Source of the DNA: Candidatus Minusculum obligatum
GTDB taxonomy: Bacteria; Patescibacteriota; Minisyncoccia; Phycocordibacterales; Phycocordibacteraceae
DNA: 64,000 nt
Direction of reading: 5' to 3'
NCBI GenBank assembly: GCA_045401155.1
Contig: CP174360.1
Coordinates: 233,403 to 297,402 of the forward strand
Below, in pieces: positions 63,186-64,000 of this stretch; position 1 is the stretch's first letter, and every line of letters starts with the position of its first letter. Below the pieces are notes generated by a model. The model had not been told where the DNA came from. It did not search any database and saw only the letters and a list, made by a program, of their open reading frames with translations. Both the position numbers and the translations under genes were made by a program.

Positions 63186-63871
63186 GTACAATCAAAGATT
63201 TTGAAGAAGTAATTGGCGTTTCTTTTTCCAATGCGTCACTTATTGAACAGGCCTTAACACACAGGTCGTTTTTAAATGAAAATAAAGGAGATGTACTAGG
63301 GCACAATGAGCGTCTTGAGTTTTTGGGAGATGCGGTGCTTGAGCTTGCGACTACAGATCGTTTGTATAGAGAGTATCCAAATGCACCAGAAGGTGAGCTT
63401 ACGGCATATCGGGCAGCACTCGTTAACACACAGTCTCTAGCAGATATTGCAGAGAAGCTTGGGGTAAATGATTTTATGCGCCTTTCAAAGGGTGAGGCAA
63501 AGGACACAGGGCGCGCTCGTCAGTTTATTCTTGCAAATTCAGTTGAGGCAATCATTGGAGCAATTTATTTAGATAAGGGGTATGAAGCTGCAGAGAAGTT
63601 TATTGCAGATAATTTTTATCCAAAGCTTGATGAGATTATCAGCAAGCGACTATGGCAGGACTCAAAGAGTGCCTTTCAGGAGAAGGCTCAGGAAAAGGTT
63701 TCTATTACACCTGAGTACAAGGTGGTAAGTGAAGAAGGCCCAGATCACGATAAGACATTTACCATTGCGGTATTTCTTGGAGAAGAGGAAGTTGCAAAGG
63801 GGAGTGGAAGCTCTAAGCAGGAGGCAGAGCAAGAGGCGGCTCGCTCTGGACTTGTGGCAAAGGGTTGGTAA
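63182..63871 (+). CDS. rnc: Ribonuclease III
   Basis: 'ERLEFLGDAVLELATTDRLY' is the RNase III signature, and a C-terminal dsRBD is present. It overlaps the nusB stop by 4 nt. Confidence 0.93.
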   Translation: MSTIKDFEEVIGVSFSNASLIEQALTHRSFLNENKGDVLGHNERLEFLGDAVLELATTDRLYREYPNAPEGELTAYRAALVNTQSLADIAEKLGVNDFMRLSKGEAKDTGRARQFILANSVEAIIGAIYLDKGYEAAEKFIADNFYPKLDEIISKRLWQDSKSAFQEKAQEKVSITPEYKVVSEEGPDHDKTFTIAVFLGEEEVAKGSGSSKQEAEQEAARSGLVAKGW

Positions 63872-63891
63872 AAAAGTGATACACTAGGCGC

Positions 63892-64000
63892 ATGCAGCTT
63901 AAGGCGCTCGAGCTTTCTGGATTTAAGTCGTTTGGTAAGAAAACGACGCTTTCTTTTACACGGCCCATTACTGCTATCGTGGGACCAAATGGTAGTGGAA
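63892..64000 (+). CDS. smc: Chromosome segregation protein SMC, N-terminal fragment (runs off window)
   Basis: '[36 protein letters not shown]' is the SMC N-terminal Walker A region. Confidence 0.7.
   Translation, partial: MQLKALELSGFKSFGKKTTLSFTRPITAIVGPNGSG

Noticed and set aside
1-64000. Alternative genetic code (UGA recoded to Gly/Trp, as in some CPR lineages).
   Set aside because: All long housekeeping ORFs (secA, dnaE, gyrB, the 3430-codon giant) are intact under the standard code, with stops at the expected protein ends.

Overview
This is a gene-dense 64 kb bacterial window of about 45% GC, read throughout in the standard genetic code. Gene content suggests a reduced genome of the Patescibacteria/CPR (Parcubacteria-like) type: split transketolase, class I aldolase, truncated aminoacyl-tRNA synthetases, type B L31, and many near-identical type IV pilin-like genes. 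This lineage call is inference only.

Contents in order:
1. A surface glycan locus at 33-8628: two GT1, a methyltransferase-DUF616 fusion, a GT2, a second methyltransferase, a Wzx-like flippase, a small TM-wHTH protein, and a Wzy_C/O-antigen-ligase-like protein with TPR repeats.
2. A histone H1-like KKAAP-repeat protein.
3. secA, obg, gatB.
4. A small membrane protein with an N-terminal excisionase-type HTH, followed by a 3430-aa giant membrane-anchored protein carrying the same HTH at its N-terminus. The giant protein has dozens of tail-fibre-like GNVGIGTT(S/T)P repeats, an internal phage endosialidase-type intramolecular-chaperone (peptidase S74-like) domain, and C-terminal DUF5011-like Ig domains. 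This is the most unusual element. A palindrome family (T)AAACTACGTAG(TT) recurs five times around these genes.
5. A central-metabolism cluster (gap, rpiB, rpe, tktN/tktC, PfkB kinase, GATase1, class I FBA, a 2-hydroxyacid dehydrogenase) interleaved with pilin paralogs. Two of the pilin genes are each preceded by a conserved ~75-aa single-TM protein.
6. rplY, a coiled-coil lytic transglycosylase-like protein, a ParD/RelE toxin-antitoxin pair, rpmE, prfA, rpsB, tsf, and tRNA-Thr(UGU).
7. A thioredoxin-like membrane protein plus a processive GT2 synthase, then pheS, pheT, gyrB and a DUF427 gene.
8. A putative sortase locus: a CARDB protein, a sortase, a GC-rich (likely transferred) secreted Cys-rich protein, and a 946-aa Ig-repeat protein with an LPXTG-like 'IPYTG'-TM-RRK segment and a recent 240-bp tandem duplication.
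9. thrS, dnaE, two more pilins, rnhB, small membrane proteins, rpmF with an acidic tail, a NusB/Nudix-like fusion, rnc, and the start of smc.

Several convergent gene pairs share near-identical rho-independent terminator hairpins.
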